64,000 nucleotides of DNA from NCBI GenBank assembly GCA_019244185.1, contig JAFATB010000026.1, positions 32,001 to 96,000 on the forward strand. The letters are read 5' to 3'. The stretch's first letter is position 1. Every line of letters starts with the position of its first letter. This document shows, one piece after another, positions 27,435 to 36,513 of this stretch. The position numbers were made by a program, and so were the translations under genes. Source of the stretch: Acidobacteriota bacterium. GTDB lineage: Bacteria; Acidobacteriota; Thermoanaerobaculia; Gp7-AA8. Below the pieces are notes generated by a model, which made no database searches, was not told the origin of the DNA, and saw only the letters and a program-made list of their open reading frames with translations.

Positions 27435-27927
27435 CGATGCCTCCGCCGCGCTCGATGGTCATCGACTGATAGGTGAGCTGCAGCTCCTCGATCGCCACGA
27501 TGCCGGCGGCCGCGTTGAGCGCGGGCGCCTTGAGCTTCGTGAGGAGGCATTTGCGCAGCACCCACTTCACGCGCTCTTTGCTGCGGTCGGGTGTTTTCAG
27601 AACGATCGTGGCTTCGCCGCGGAAGTCTTTGCGCAACTGGCTCGGCACCGCGAGCTGCTGCGCGTCGAACCAGTCCCAGAGATCGAGGCTGTTCGCGGTC
27701 ATGCCGCGCTTGAGCGTGACCGTGCCGTAGTTGACCGCGCCGAGGAGCCGGACCTGCGAGACGTTGTTGCCACCTTCGCGGATCGTCTTCACGTCCATCG
27801 TCATCTCGAGGCCGTCGCATTCGGAGAACTGGCCGTTGCAGAGCATCGTGCCGCCGAGGCCCGAGACGGCGATCTGGATCTCGAAGTTGAACGCGTTGAA
27901 GGGATAGACGCTCTTCGCTTCGGCCAT
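27427..27927 (-). CDS. Tail tube protein (T4 gp19-like), second copy
   Basis: YPFNAFNF...FSECDGLE...IREGG.N...VTLKRGM...LWDW...APALNA...VAIEELQL. ATG at 27927. Confidence 0.92.
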   Translation of the reverse strand: MAEAKSVYPFNAFNFEIQIAVSGLGGTMLCNGQFSECDGLEMTMDVKTIREGGNNVSQVRLLGAVNYGTVTLKRGMTANSLDLWDWFDAQQLAVPSQLRKDFRGEATIVLKTPDRSKERVKWVLRKCLLTKLKAPALNAAAGIVAIEELQLTYQSMTIERGGGIDA

Positions 27928-30308
27928 CACGCCACCTCCACGGCCGACGGCGTTTCGCCGCGCTGCACGAGCCGGATGGTGAGGAACGACAGCGGCCGCG
28001 ACGGCGCGATGCGCAGCTCGGCGATGAAGCGGCCGGCGTCGGTCGACTGCGGCGTGTTGATGGTGTCGTCGGTGACGACCTGGAACGCGCTCGACTCGTT
28101 GCGTCCCGCGAACGCGCCGCGCGCGTACATCGACGCGAGCAACGACTCGAAGCCGCGCTTGGCGCTGTTGCGCAGCGCGTCGCCGTGCGGCTCGAACGCA
28201 TAATCGTTGCCCGCGCGCAGCGCGGCGCGGCGCACGAGGATGAGCAGGCGGCGCACGTTGAGCGCCGAGAGATCGGGATCGGCGGAGAGCGTGTCGGCGT
28301 CGAGGCAGAGGAAGCCGGCCGGCTCGTGGCGGATGAGATTCACGGCCGCGTCCTGCAGCGCCTGGCGCGCGAAGACGGGGAGGTTCGGCGTTAGCGCGAC
28401 GACGCCACGCAGCGCCTCGTTCGCGGGCGCGATCCACGCGCCGCGCGCGATCGCCCGTGCGGCTATGACGCCGGCGGTCGCGCCGTCGGGCGTGGTCGTG
28501 CGCAGCGCGCCGTCCTCTTCACGAACGATGAGCCACGGATGCCACAGCGCGCCGTAGCTCAGCGCCTGCGGTTCGATGCTCGCCGCGAGGCTCGCCGTGT
28601 ACGCGATGGCGCGGCGGTCGTCGTAGTGGCGCGGCAGCGAGAGCAGCGCCACGAGATCGGCGCGCGCGGCGCACATGCGCAGCAGCGCGCGATGAATCGG
28701 CGCGAGCGCGGGATCGTCCGTGTCGTCGTCGTCGAGCGCGGTGAAGCCTTCGAGACCGGCGACGTGCACGGCGATGCCGTTCGACCAGCCGCTGGTTCGT
28801 CCTTCGCCGGTGCGGCGCACGCGATAGAAAAAGTCGCCGGCGGCGTGACCGTAGATCGGCAGCGCGCCGGTGGTGCTGATGAGGATCGTGGCGGCGTCGG
28901 AGAATGCGGCGTCGGTCGCCTCCTGCAGTTCGTCGACGAAGCCCGCCAGCCTGTTCCACGTCAGCGTGTAGCTGCCGTGCTCCGGGATCGATGACGTCAG
29001 AATCGGCGGCGGCAGCGGTTCGAGCAGCGCGCAGTCGACGAAGCCGCTCGGTGCCGCGTCCGCGTCGTTGCTCGCGGGCAGCGTGCGCACGGGCGCGTCG
29101 TCATCGGCGTCGCGGAGCCAGCCACGATGCACCGCGTCGGGCGCGGCGAGCATGGTTGCCTCCTCGATGCCGAGGGCGGAGTGGATGCCGCGCAGCGCGA
29201 GGTTCGCCTGATAGCGAAGCGCGTCGGCGCGGTCGAGGAGGTCGCGTGTATCGGCGTCGGCGAGATGTGGATCGAGAAAGAGCGCCGCGCCGAAGTCCGC
29301 GAGGCCGTCGCGTTCGAGCGCGGGCGCGGGGAGGAACTGCGCGGAGGCTTCGTTCGAGAAGAGGATGCTCATGCCGAGCGGCACGTAACGCGCGGCGGCG
29401 TTCTGCGCGGCGAGCGCGAAGCGCGGCGTCGCGGCGTCGCGCCAGAGGTCGGAACGCGTGGCGTCGCGTTGCGCGTACAGCGCGGCGTCGGTGGGCAGCG
29501 CGCTGAACGCGCGCGGATGTTGCGGCGTGAAGCCGAGCGCGGTCGCGCGGAGCGTGGCGTCGCCGGTGCGGACGCTGAGATCGAACGTCAGCTTCGCCGC
29601 GGACGCGCTGCCGGCCGGCGCGCTCACCGGCGCGGCGATCTGCGCGAGCGCCTTCGTCCAGAGCGCGGTGCCGCCGAGGCGCAGTCCGCGCAGCGTGGCG
29701 GAGAGCGGCGAGAGCGCGACCTCGTCGACCGATTCGACGAAGAGATACAGCGTCTCGTCCGCATCGCTCCACGCGAGGCGCACGAGATCGCCGGCTGCGA
29801 CTTCGGTCGTCGACGTCACGGCGACGATGAGCGAGGTGAGATCGGTATCGACGAAGCGCAGCGGCTGCGCGTTGAGATTCGTCTTCACGCGCAGCGCATC
29901 CGACCAGCTTCCCTCCGAGCGCGCGATTGCGATCGCCGGCGTCAGCGCGACGCCGTCGAACTGCATGAGACCGGGGACGACGAACGTGTTCGCGACCGCC
30001 TCGCCGGCGACGCGCACGACCCAGCAGCGCCGTCCGCCGTTGCGGAAGAACGCGCGGACGCACGGCGCGAGCTGCGCGTAACGCGGATCGCTCGCCTGTC
30101 CATTCGTCTGCCGGGGCCGCGGCAGTTCCACGTCGCCGCCGAAGATCATCGCGAACTGCGCGACGTCTTCCACGGCGACGGGAAGATGCAGCGGCCCCGA
30201 CGCGGCGAAGCCGGCGAAGACGGGGATGTCCATGCGAGGCAGCGCGTCACCGAGCGGACGCGCCTGCGCCTCGAACCGAATCCCCGGCAGCGGTCGCGAA
30301 CGGCTCAT
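27927..30308 (-). CDS. Second, divergent tail sheath-like protein
   Basis: Start MSRSRPLPGIRFE (ATGA overlap). FAGFAASGP...VRAFFRNGGRRCWVVRV; WIAPANE; LNVRRL; AFEP; GAFAG...AFQV. Confidence 0.85.
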   Translation of the reverse strand: MSRSRPLPGIRFEAQARPLGDALPRMDIPVFAGFAASGPLHLPVAVEDVAQFAMIFGGDVELPRPRQTNGQASDPRYAQLAPCVRAFFRNGGRRCWVVRVAGEAVANTFVVPGLMQFDGVALTPAIAIARSEGSWSDALRVKTNLNAQPLRFVDTDLTSLIVAVTSTTEVAAGDLVRLAWSDADETLYLFVESVDEVALSPLSATLRGLRLGGTALWTKALAQIAAPVSAPAGSASAAKLTFDLSVRTGDATLRATALGFTPQHPRAFSALPTDAALYAQRDATRSDLWRDAATPRFALAAQNAAARYVPLGMSILFSNEASAQFLPAPALERDGLADFGAALFLDPHLADADTRDLLDRADALRYQANLALRGIHSALGIEEATMLAAPDAVHRGWLRDADDDAPVRTLPASNDADAAPSGFVDCALLEPLPPPILTSSIPEHGSYTLTWNRLAGFVDELQEATDAAFSDAATILISTTGALPIYGHAAGDFFYRVRRTGEGRTSGWSNGIAVHVAGLEGFTALDDDDTDDPALAPIHRALLRMCAARADLVALLSLPRHYDDRRAIAYTASLAASIEPQALSYGALWHPWLIVREEDGALRTTTPDGATAGVIAARAIARGAWIAPANEALRGVVALTPNLPVFARQALQDAAVNLIRHEPAGFLCLDADTLSADPDLSALNVRRLLILVRRAALRAGNDYAFEPHGDALRNSAKRGFESLLASMYARGAFAGRNESSAFQVVTDDTINTPQSTDAGRFIAELRIAPSRPLSFLTIRLVQRGETPSAVEVA

Positions 30309-30760
30309 ACGCGCTCGACCGCCAGCCGCTCGTACGCGATCACGAGCTCTTCCATCGCCGCGTCGTTGCCCTTCGCATTGAGGCCGCCGAGGGTGTACTT
30401 GAGCGGGCGGGCCTCGTTGAGCGTCCAGCGCGCGACGGTGCGATGGTCTTCGCTCTGCAGCTCGACGGTGATCGTGCGGCGCGAGTTGGTCTCGCCTTCG
30501 CGCACCTGGTTGATCCAGTCGAAGAGCGCGGTCGGATTGATGATGCCGCGCTTGAACGTCACGTCCGCGGCCTTGTTCAGGCCCGTCAGCTTGATGACGT
30601 TGTTGTGCGGCGCGTTGCCGACGCGGTAGTCCTGCTGCGCGATCTCGGTCGAGAGACCGGTGACTTCCTGAAAGCCTCCCTGGATCGAACCGGGATCGGC
30701 GCCTCCGCCGAGGTTCACCAGGAAGTTGAACTGCATGTAAGGGCGGTCGCGGTCGGCCAT
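30305..30760 (-). CDS. Tail tube protein (T4 gp19-like)
   Basis: PYMQFNFLV...GFQEVTGL...YRVG...KLTGL.K..DVTFKRG...W...A.P.KY...LNAKGND.AMEEL. AGGAG RBS. Confidence 0.95.
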   Translation of the reverse strand: MADRDRPYMQFNFLVNLGGGADPGSIQGGFQEVTGLSTEIAQQDYRVGNAPHNNVIKLTGLNKAADVTFKRGIINPTALFDWINQVREGETNSRRTITVELQSEDHRTVARWTLNEARPLKYTLGGLNAKGNDAAMEELVIAYERLAVERV

Positions 30761-30772
30761 GGTGTCGTCTCC

Positions 30773-32659
30773 TTAGACCTTGCGATCGGCCGTCCACTGA
30801 CCGACGCGGATGATCACGTACTCGGCGGGGCGGAGCGCGGCGACGCCGACGAGACAGACGAGGCGTCCGTTGTCGAGATCGTTCTGCGTCATCGTCGAGC
30901 GGTCGCACTTGACGAAGAAGGCCTTCTCCGCGCGATCGCCGAGCAGCGCGCCGTTCTGCCACTCGTTGAAGAGGAAGTCGGTGATGGTGATGCGGACGTT
31001 CGACCAGAGCCGCTCGCCGTTCGGCTCGAAGACCGCCCACTGCGTGCCCTTGTCGATGGAGTGCTCGAGGTAGGCGAAGTAGCGGCGGAGATTCACGTAC
31101 TTCCACTCCGGATCGGAGCTCGCCGTGCGCGCGCCCCAGAGGCGGTAGCCGCGTCCCTCGAAGAAGCGGAAGCAGTTCACGCCGAGCGGATTGAGCACGT
31201 CCTGCTGGGCCTTGTTGAGCAGCGTCTCGAGGCCGATCGCGCCGTCGACGACCTCGTTCGCCGGCGCTTTGAACACGCCGCGCTCGATGTCGTTGCGCGC
31301 GTAGATGCCGGCCACCGCGCCGCTCGGCGGAAGGTTGATCTCCTTCTGCGTCACCGGATCGAAGACGGTGATCCACGGGTAGTACAGCGCGGCGTACGAG
31401 GTGTCGATCTTGCCGCGCATGTCGCGCACGTCGGCGATCGACTGCTTGTCGCCGGAGTCGAGGACCGCGATGCGGTAGCGCATGCGCTGCGCGTGCGAGA
31501 TGACCGAGTTGAGGATGGCCAGCTCCTGCGCCGCGCGCGTGGCGAAGTTGAGCGTCGAGCCGGGCGCGGCGACGATGGAGATCTCGTCGATGTCTTCGAG
31601 CGCCTTGAGGCCGCTCTTGGTCTTGTCGTCCGGCGCGCCGCCGTGGCCCTCGTAGTCGTCGACTTCGGGCAGCGAGCCGTCGTCGCCGCCTTCGAGCACG
31701 AAGTCGAAGGAGCGCTCGGCGTCGCTCGACGCCGGATTCTTGAGCTGCTGCGCCATCGACTTCGTCGGATCGGACGGCACGGGCGCGAGGCCGAGGATGT
31801 AGGCGATGAGGGCGAGGCCGTCGTCGAACGCGTCGAGGTTCATCACGATCGGGATCGAGCGCGCCCGTCCCATCGACGGCTGTTCGAGCGCGAACATTGA
31901 CGCCATCGAGTCGTCGGCGCCGTTGCGGCGATGGCGCGCGTCGAGGGCGAGCTCGGGATAGACGAACGAGGCGATGTTCGGATCGGGCGGGAGGACGGTG
32001 ACGGCGGCGCTGATGATCTGCAGCGTGTTCACGCCGGCGGAGAGGTCGTTGGTCGTTCCGCCCTGGCGGATGCGCCACTTCGGCGTGCCGCCGTCAAAGA
32101 ACGACTCGACGAACCAGAAGTCGGGCGCGCCGGCGTTCGCGGAGTTCAGCATCACGACGTCGTTTTCGACGACGCCGCGCAGCGTCTTGGTGGCGGCGTC
32201 GAAGACGTTCGGCCCGGCGTTCAGCGTGATGCGCACGCGCATGTTGCCGCCCGCGCCGGGGAAGCGCGCCGAGACGAGCAGCGCGCCGGTCTGCTGCGAG
32301 ACGCCCACGCCCGGCGGGAACGCGACCGGCGAGTCGAGCGGCGAGGCGTTCACGACTTCCGGCGAACCGCCGCGGAACGTGCGGGCGATGTACAGCCGCT
32401 TGCCGCCGTTCTCGAAAAACATCCGGACGGCGTGCCACATGTAATTGTGGATGGCGCCGCTGCCGAAATCGAGCGGCTGCCGGTCGCCGTAGATGCGCTC
32501 GTATTCGACGAGACCGGTGATCACGTCGGGGACGAGATCGATGGGGCCGAAGCGCGTCGGCCCGATGAACGCGGTCGTGGTCGTGCTCACGCCCTCGATC
32601 GATTTCGAGCGGAACGAGACCTCTTCGACGTAGACGCCTGGAGCTAGATATTCTGGCAT
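30773..32659 (-). CDS. Contractile tail sheath protein
   Basis: MPEYLAPGVYVEEV...FFENGG...ALYYPW...PPSG.VAG.YAR.D..RGVFKAPANE...WGART...WKYVNLRR...WAVFEPN...PAEY. Confidence 0.96.
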   Translation of the reverse strand: MPEYLAPGVYVEEVSFRSKSIEGVSTTTTAFIGPTRFGPIDLVPDVITGLVEYERIYGDRQPLDFGSGAIHNYMWHAVRMFFENGGKRLYIARTFRGGSPEVVNASPLDSPVAFPPGVGVSQQTGALLVSARFPGAGGNMRVRITLNAGPNVFDAATKTLRGVVENDVVMLNSANAGAPDFWFVESFFDGGTPKWRIRQGGTTNDLSAGVNTLQIISAAVTVLPPDPNIASFVYPELALDARHRRNGADDSMASMFALEQPSMGRARSIPIVMNLDAFDDGLALIAYILGLAPVPSDPTKSMAQQLKNPASSDAERSFDFVLEGGDDGSLPEVDDYEGHGGAPDDKTKSGLKALEDIDEISIVAAPGSTLNFATRAAQELAILNSVISHAQRMRYRIAVLDSGDKQSIADVRDMRGKIDTSYAALYYPWITVFDPVTQKEINLPPSGAVAGIYARNDIERGVFKAPANEVVDGAIGLETLLNKAQQDVLNPLGVNCFRFFEGRGYRLWGARTASSDPEWKYVNLRRYFAYLEHSIDKGTQWAVFEPNGERLWSNVRITITDFLFNEWQNGALLGDRAEKAFFVKCDRSTMTQNDLDNGRLVCLVGVAALRPAEYVIIRVGQWTADRKV

Positions 32660-32678
32660 TCGGTTCTCCTCGTTTCGT

Positions 32679-33554
32679 TCAGGGCGGCGACCCCGCCGGA
32701 GTGATGAGCAATGTCGGCGTCGCGCCGCCGCCGGCGTGCGTGGAGAGGCGCAGCTCGCGCCCGAACTGCAGCGTGGTCTGCGTCCACGGCGTCAGCGGCG
32801 AGGTCTCCTCCCACGCCGTCGCGGGCGGCTGCGTGAGGACGTCGACGAGATCGGGAAGCGCGGGTACCGGCGTGCGCCGGCGATAGCGAACGGTGAAGTC
32901 GACCGCCCAGGTCTGCTGCGTCAGCGGCGTGTTGACGCTGCCGGGCGAGCCGAGGGTGATCACGGGCTTCGGATAGAAGAGCGGCAGCATCACGCGGCCC
33001 TGCGCGTCGGCCATTCCGGTGACGAGGCGCTGCTCGCCGGCCTTCGCTTCCACGAGCGCCCACGCCGCGGGCTCGCCGGTCTCCGCGTCGATGAGCTCCG
33101 CGCGCAACACGCCCATGCCGTCCGGCGCGTTGCGCGTCGGGGCGGAGAAGAGCGGGACGAACGGCGCGGCGGGCGGCGAGGTCGCGTAGTCGATGCCGAA
33201 GACGCCGCGATGCGGCACCTCGACGCTGAACCAGCAGGGGAGATACAGCCCCCCGAGGTCGCGCACTTCGACGATGAACGTGCGCGTCGTCTGCGTGGCC
33301 CAGAACGCGTCGTCGCCGTCGCCGTGCTCGACGTCGCGCATCCACGGCAGATCGCGGAAGACGAAGATGCCGGACGGATTGGCGAGGCCGCTCGTGCGCA
33401 GTTCGGGAAGACCTTCGGGATACGCCTGCACGAGGAGCGACGACGACGCGTACTCGCGCGTCGCCTCGTCGCGGAAGCGCACCGCGAGCGGCGTGAGCAT
33501 CGGGACGCGCTCGAGCACGATGACTTCCATGCCCGTGCCCACGTCGACGCTCAT
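32679..33554 (-). CDS. eCIS-associated hypothetical protein (carboxypeptidase-regulatory-like beta domains)
   Basis: Start MSVDVG at 33554 (ATGA overlap). Lies between the cap and sheath genes. Four S-P motifs including C-terminal GSPP. Confidence 0.7.
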   Translation of the reverse strand: MSVDVGTGMEVIVLERVPMLTPLAVRFRDEATREYASSSLLVQAYPEGLPELRTSGLANPSGIFVFRDLPWMRDVEHGDGDDAFWATQTTRTFIVEVRDLGGLYLPCWFSVEVPHRGVFGIDYATSPPAAPFVPLFSAPTRNAPDGMGVLRAELIDAETGEPAAWALVEAKAGEQRLVTGMADAQGRVMLPLFYPKPVITLGSPGSVNTPLTQQTWAVDFTVRYRRRTPVPALPDLVDVLTQPPATAWEETSPLTPWTQTTLQFGRELRLSTHAGGGATPTLLITPAGSPP

Positions 33555-34144
33555 GCGGGCACGCTCACTTTCCCCATGTCGAAGACGCGCGTCTGCACCG
33601 GGTCGTACTCGAACATCTCCAGCTGCGACTCGAGCGAGACGTTGCGCACGATGTACGCGGCGCACGGCTGCATCTGCGGCTTGGCCGTGTCCCAGATGAC
33701 GTTCATGTCCTGGATCGAGACGTTCTCAAGAAGAACGTCGATCGCCTCGCCCTCGCCGAAGATGTCGGGTTCTGGGCCGTATTGATTGAGGAGGCTCGCG
33801 TGCAGCAGCGGCGTGTCTTCGATCGTGCGCATGGCCCAGCCGAGAAGGCGCTGCTGCTTGAACGCGTCGCGCGCCCACGCCACGAGCAGGTAGTGGAGAT
33901 CGAGCGGCATCGACGGGCGGTAGCGCCGTCCATCGAGTCCGACGCGCGGCGGCAGGTTGCGCACGACCGAGCCGGGTGTGACGCGATGGAGATAGAGCGC
34001 GATGCCTTCTTCCATCGGCGACTGCAGGTTCTTCGACTGATAGAGCTCGAACGCCGCGCCGGCGAACTCCGGCTTCGGAACGGCGGCGGCGAGCATCGAG
34101 AGGATCGCTTTCCCGATCGCGGCAATCGCGTATGGACCAGCCAT
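33551..34144 (-). CDS. Pvc16/DUF4255-like tail terminator (cap) protein
   Basis: MAGPYAIAAIG...IALYLHRVT....RN.P...LDLHYLL.AW...QRLLGWAM...W. First gene of the operon. Start taken at 34144. Confidence 0.85.
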   Translation of the reverse strand: MAGPYAIAAIGKAILSMLAAAVPKPEFAGAAFELYQSKNLQSPMEEGIALYLHRVTPGSVVRNLPPRVGLDGRRYRPSMPLDLHYLLVAWARDAFKQQRLLGWAMRTIEDTPLLHASLLNQYGPEPDIFGEGEAIDVLLENVSIQDMNVIWDTAKPQMQPCAAYIVRNVSLESQLEMFEYDPVQTRVFDMGKVSVPA

Positions 34145-34160
34145 GGACGCCGCTTCCTTT

Positions 34161-34176
34161 TTCAACGGCGCTGCCA
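34161..34176 (-). promoter_or_regulatory. Candidate sigma54 (-24/-12) promoter
   Basis: Minus strand reads TGGCAGCGCCGTTGAA vs consensus TGGCAC-N5-TTGC. Spacing is correct but -12 is GA rather than GC, and the predicted transcript leader would be very short. Confidence 0.4.
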
Positions 34177-34213
34177 TGACTGCGACACGGCAAAGTGTCT
34201 TTGGAATCTATAC

Positions 34214-34280
34214 GTTACGCTGCGAGCGCCCTTCGAGCGAAGCTGTTACACGTTACGTTTGTAACGCGGCGCGTGTTACA
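34214..34280. promoter_or_regulatory. Cluster of GTTAC/GTAAC half-sites, candidate enhancer (UAS) for the adjacent activator
   Basis: Five copies in 67 bp, including palindromes GTTACA-N9-TGTAAC (34245-34265) and TGTAAC-N9-GTTACA (34260-34280). Confidence 0.6.
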
Positions 34281-34285
34281 CGCGA

Positions 34286-35635
34286 TCAGGCGCTCGCGTT
34301 GCGGTCGTACGCGCCCGGTTCTTCCGCGTGCGGAAAGAGGTCGTACTTGACCATCTTGCGGTAGAGCGTCATGCGCGAGCAGCCGAGGATGCGCGCGGCG
34401 TCGTTGCGGTTCCAGCCGCTGGCGCGCAGCGCGCCGAGCACTTTCTCGCGCTCCGATTCGCGCTTGCGCTCCTCGCTGGCGAAGAGCGCGCGGAGATACG
34501 GCGGGAGGTCTCGCCGCGTGACGCGCGTCGAGTGGCAGAAGACGAGCGTCGACTCGACGACGTTGCGCAGCTCGCGGACGTTGCCCGGCCAATCGTATTG
34601 CAGGAGCGATTCGAAAAAGGAGGAGTCGATGTCGTCGATGCGGCGGTCCGCGGTCTCCGCGAGCTCCCGCGCGAGATGCGCGACGAGCGCCGGGATGTCC
34701 TCGGTGTGCTCGCGCAGCGGCGGGAGATGCAGGCGCGCCACGTTGAGCCGAAAGTAAAGATCTTGACGAAATTTCTGCTGCGACGTCAGCTGCTCGAGGT
34801 TCTGGTTCGTCGCCGCGATGATGCGGATGTTGACGGCGATCTCGCGGTTGCCGCCGAGGCGCTGCACTTTGCGGCTCTCGATCGCGCGCAGGATCTTGGC
34901 CTGCGCGTAGAGGCTCATGTCGCCGATCTCGTCGAGGAAGAGCGTGCCGCCCTGCGCGTACTGCAGCTTGCCTTCACGCGCCGCATGCGCACCCGTGAAC
35001 GCGCCGCGCTCGTAGCCGAATAGCTCGCTTTCCAGCAGCCCTTCCGGAATGGCCGCGCAGTTGAGCGAGACGAACGGGCGGTCGCGCCGTTTGCTGTTGC
35101 GATGAATGAGCTCCGCCGTGAGCTCCTTGCCGGTGCCGGTCTCGCCGGTGATGAGGACGTTGCTGTCCGACAGCGCCACGCGCTCGATCGCGCGCCGCAC
35201 CTGTTCGACGCACCAGCTGCCGCCGACGAGCCGCTCGCCGTTGCGCAACGTCGTCTTCGGCGCGTCCGCCACCCACCCGCCTCGCGCGCGTCCGATGGCC
35301 TCGTCGATCTCCGCCGGGGAGCTGTCGTCCGTCAGCAGATCGTTCACGCCCGCGCGCATCGCGGACAACACGAGCGAGGCTTCGCAGCGCGCCAGGACGA
35401 AGACGAGCGTGACCCGCTCGTCCGCGCGCCGCACATGCCGCGCCGCGGCGAGCATTTCGGAGGTGAGCAGGTCTCCCTGAACCACCACCCACTCCGGCAC
35501 ATCCGCCCGAATCCCGGCCAGCAGCTCGAGCTCGTCCCCCGCCTCCTGCACCACCCACCCTCGCTCGGCCAACGCCGCCGCCACCCGTCCACCCTCAACG
35601 ACAGAGTCCTCGGCCTTCCACCACAGCGCACGCAT
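34286..35635 (-). CDS. Sigma54-dependent transcriptional activator (NtrC/AtoC-like) with degenerate receiver
   Basis: GETGTGKE, NCAAIPE.LLESELFG, intact GAFTGA, LFLDEIG, WPGNVREL and a C-terminal Fis-type HTH. Confidence 0.95.
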   Translation of the reverse strand: MRALWWKAEDSVVEGGRVAAALAERGWVVQEAGDELELLAGIRADVPEWVVVQGDLLTSEMLAAARHVRRADERVTLVFVLARCEASLVLSAMRAGVNDLLTDDSSPAEIDEAIGRARGGWVADAPKTTLRNGERLVGGSWCVEQVRRAIERVALSDSNVLITGETGTGKELTAELIHRNSKRRDRPFVSLNCAAIPEGLLESELFGYERGAFTGAHAAREGKLQYAQGGTLFLDEIGDMSLYAQAKILRAIESRKVQRLGGNREIAVNIRIIAATNQNLEQLTSQQKFRQDLYFRLNVARLHLPPLREHTEDIPALVAHLARELAETADRRIDDIDSSFFESLLQYDWPGNVRELRNVVESTLVFCHSTRVTRRDLPPYLRALFASEERKRESEREKVLGALRASGWNRNDAARILGCSRMTLYRKMVKYDLFPHAEEPGAYDRNASA

Positions 35636-35789
35636 CGATACAAAATCCTTTGGAGGATAGTGAAGGATGGGCGGAAATCGTTACAGACGCCGTGAGGGAC
35701 ATCACAGGGTAGGCAATGACCGGCTCTCGCGCGCGGGAACTTCGTCCGAATCGAGCGACGCGGCATCGCTTCTGCGTTCGTCGCCGGGC

Positions 35790-36464
35790 GTGGCAGTCGC
35801 GAAGAAGCTGCGCTTCAACATCCACGTCGTGCTGCGGCGCATCCGGGCGGCGGTGGCGGAGCACGCGGACGCGGCGATGTTCGAGCTGGCGGAGCGCGGC
35901 TACCGGAGCGTGTTCCAGCAGCTCGTCGCGTGCATCATCTCCATCCGCACGCGCGACGAGGTGAGTTTGCCGACGGCGGTGAAGCTGTTCGATCGGGCGC
36001 CCACGCCGGCGGCGGTGGCAACGCTGACGGTCGCGCAGATCGATGCGCTCATTCACGCGAGCAGTTTTCACGAGGCGAAGGCGGCGCAGATCCGCGAGAT
36101 CGCGCGACGGACGGTCGACGAGTTCGGCGACGAGCTGCCGTGCGACTTCGACGTGCTGACGTCATTCCGCGGCGTCGGCCCGAAGTGCGCGAATCTGACG
36201 ATGGGCGTGGCGTGCGGAGCGAAACGGATCAGCGTCGACATCCACGTGCATCGCGTGACGAACCGCTGGGGCTACGTCGCGACGCGCGCGCCCGAGGACA
36301 CGATGCGGGCGCTGGAGGAGAAGCTGCCGCGCGAGTACTGGATCGACATCAACCGCCTGCTCGTGCCGTTCGGAAAGCACATCTGCACGGGCGTGCGGCC
36401 TCGCTGTTCGACGTGTCCTGTACTCGACTACTGCCAGCAGGCCGGCGTGACGTCGCATCGTTAG
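35790..36464 (+). CDS. nth: Endonuclease III (HhH-GPD, 4Fe-4S)
   Basis: GVGPKCAN, VDIHVHRV.NRWG, C-x6-C-x2-C-x5-C (CTGVRPRCSTCPVLDYC). Start approximate. Confidence 0.88.
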   Translation: MAVAKKLRFNIHVVLRRIRAAVAEHADAAMFELAERGYRSVFQQLVACIISIRTRDEVSLPTAVKLFDRAPTPAAVATLTVAQIDALIHASSFHEAKAAQIREIARRTVDEFGDELPCDFDVLTSFRGVGPKCANLTMGVACGAKRISVDIHVHRVTNRWGYVATRAPEDTMRALEEKLPREYWIDINRLLVPFGKHICTGVRPRCSTCPVLDYCQQAGVTSHR

Positions 36465-36513
36465 ACGCGGATGCGAGCACGCCGCGGCGCAGGGCGCCGC
36501 GGCGTTGCGGGAT

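Noticed and set aside
411-31900. Very long plus-strand ORFs (e.g. 411-2711, 4549-7857, 7767-9890, 14866-16815, 17427-19853)
   Set aside because: Antisense shadows of real minus-strand genes, expected at high GC; no motifs and unnatural Arg/Val/Asp composition.
4378-33665. N-terminal extensions of track ORFs (e.g. 27927-32078, 22417-23319, 20141-22738, 4378-7899)
   Set aside because: They overlap upstream genes. Internal starts coupled to the upstream stop match family N-termini.
14842-34144. Prophage or type VI secretion system interpretation
   Set aside because: No capsid, portal, terminase, integrase or replication genes, and no TssJLM/ClpV. The Afp15-type ATPase and DUF4255-like cap indicate eCIS.
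34145-34177. Upstream ATG at 34177 as start of the cap gene
   Set aside because: The family-like N-terminus begins at MAGPYAIAA (34144), and the extension coincides with the candidate promoter.
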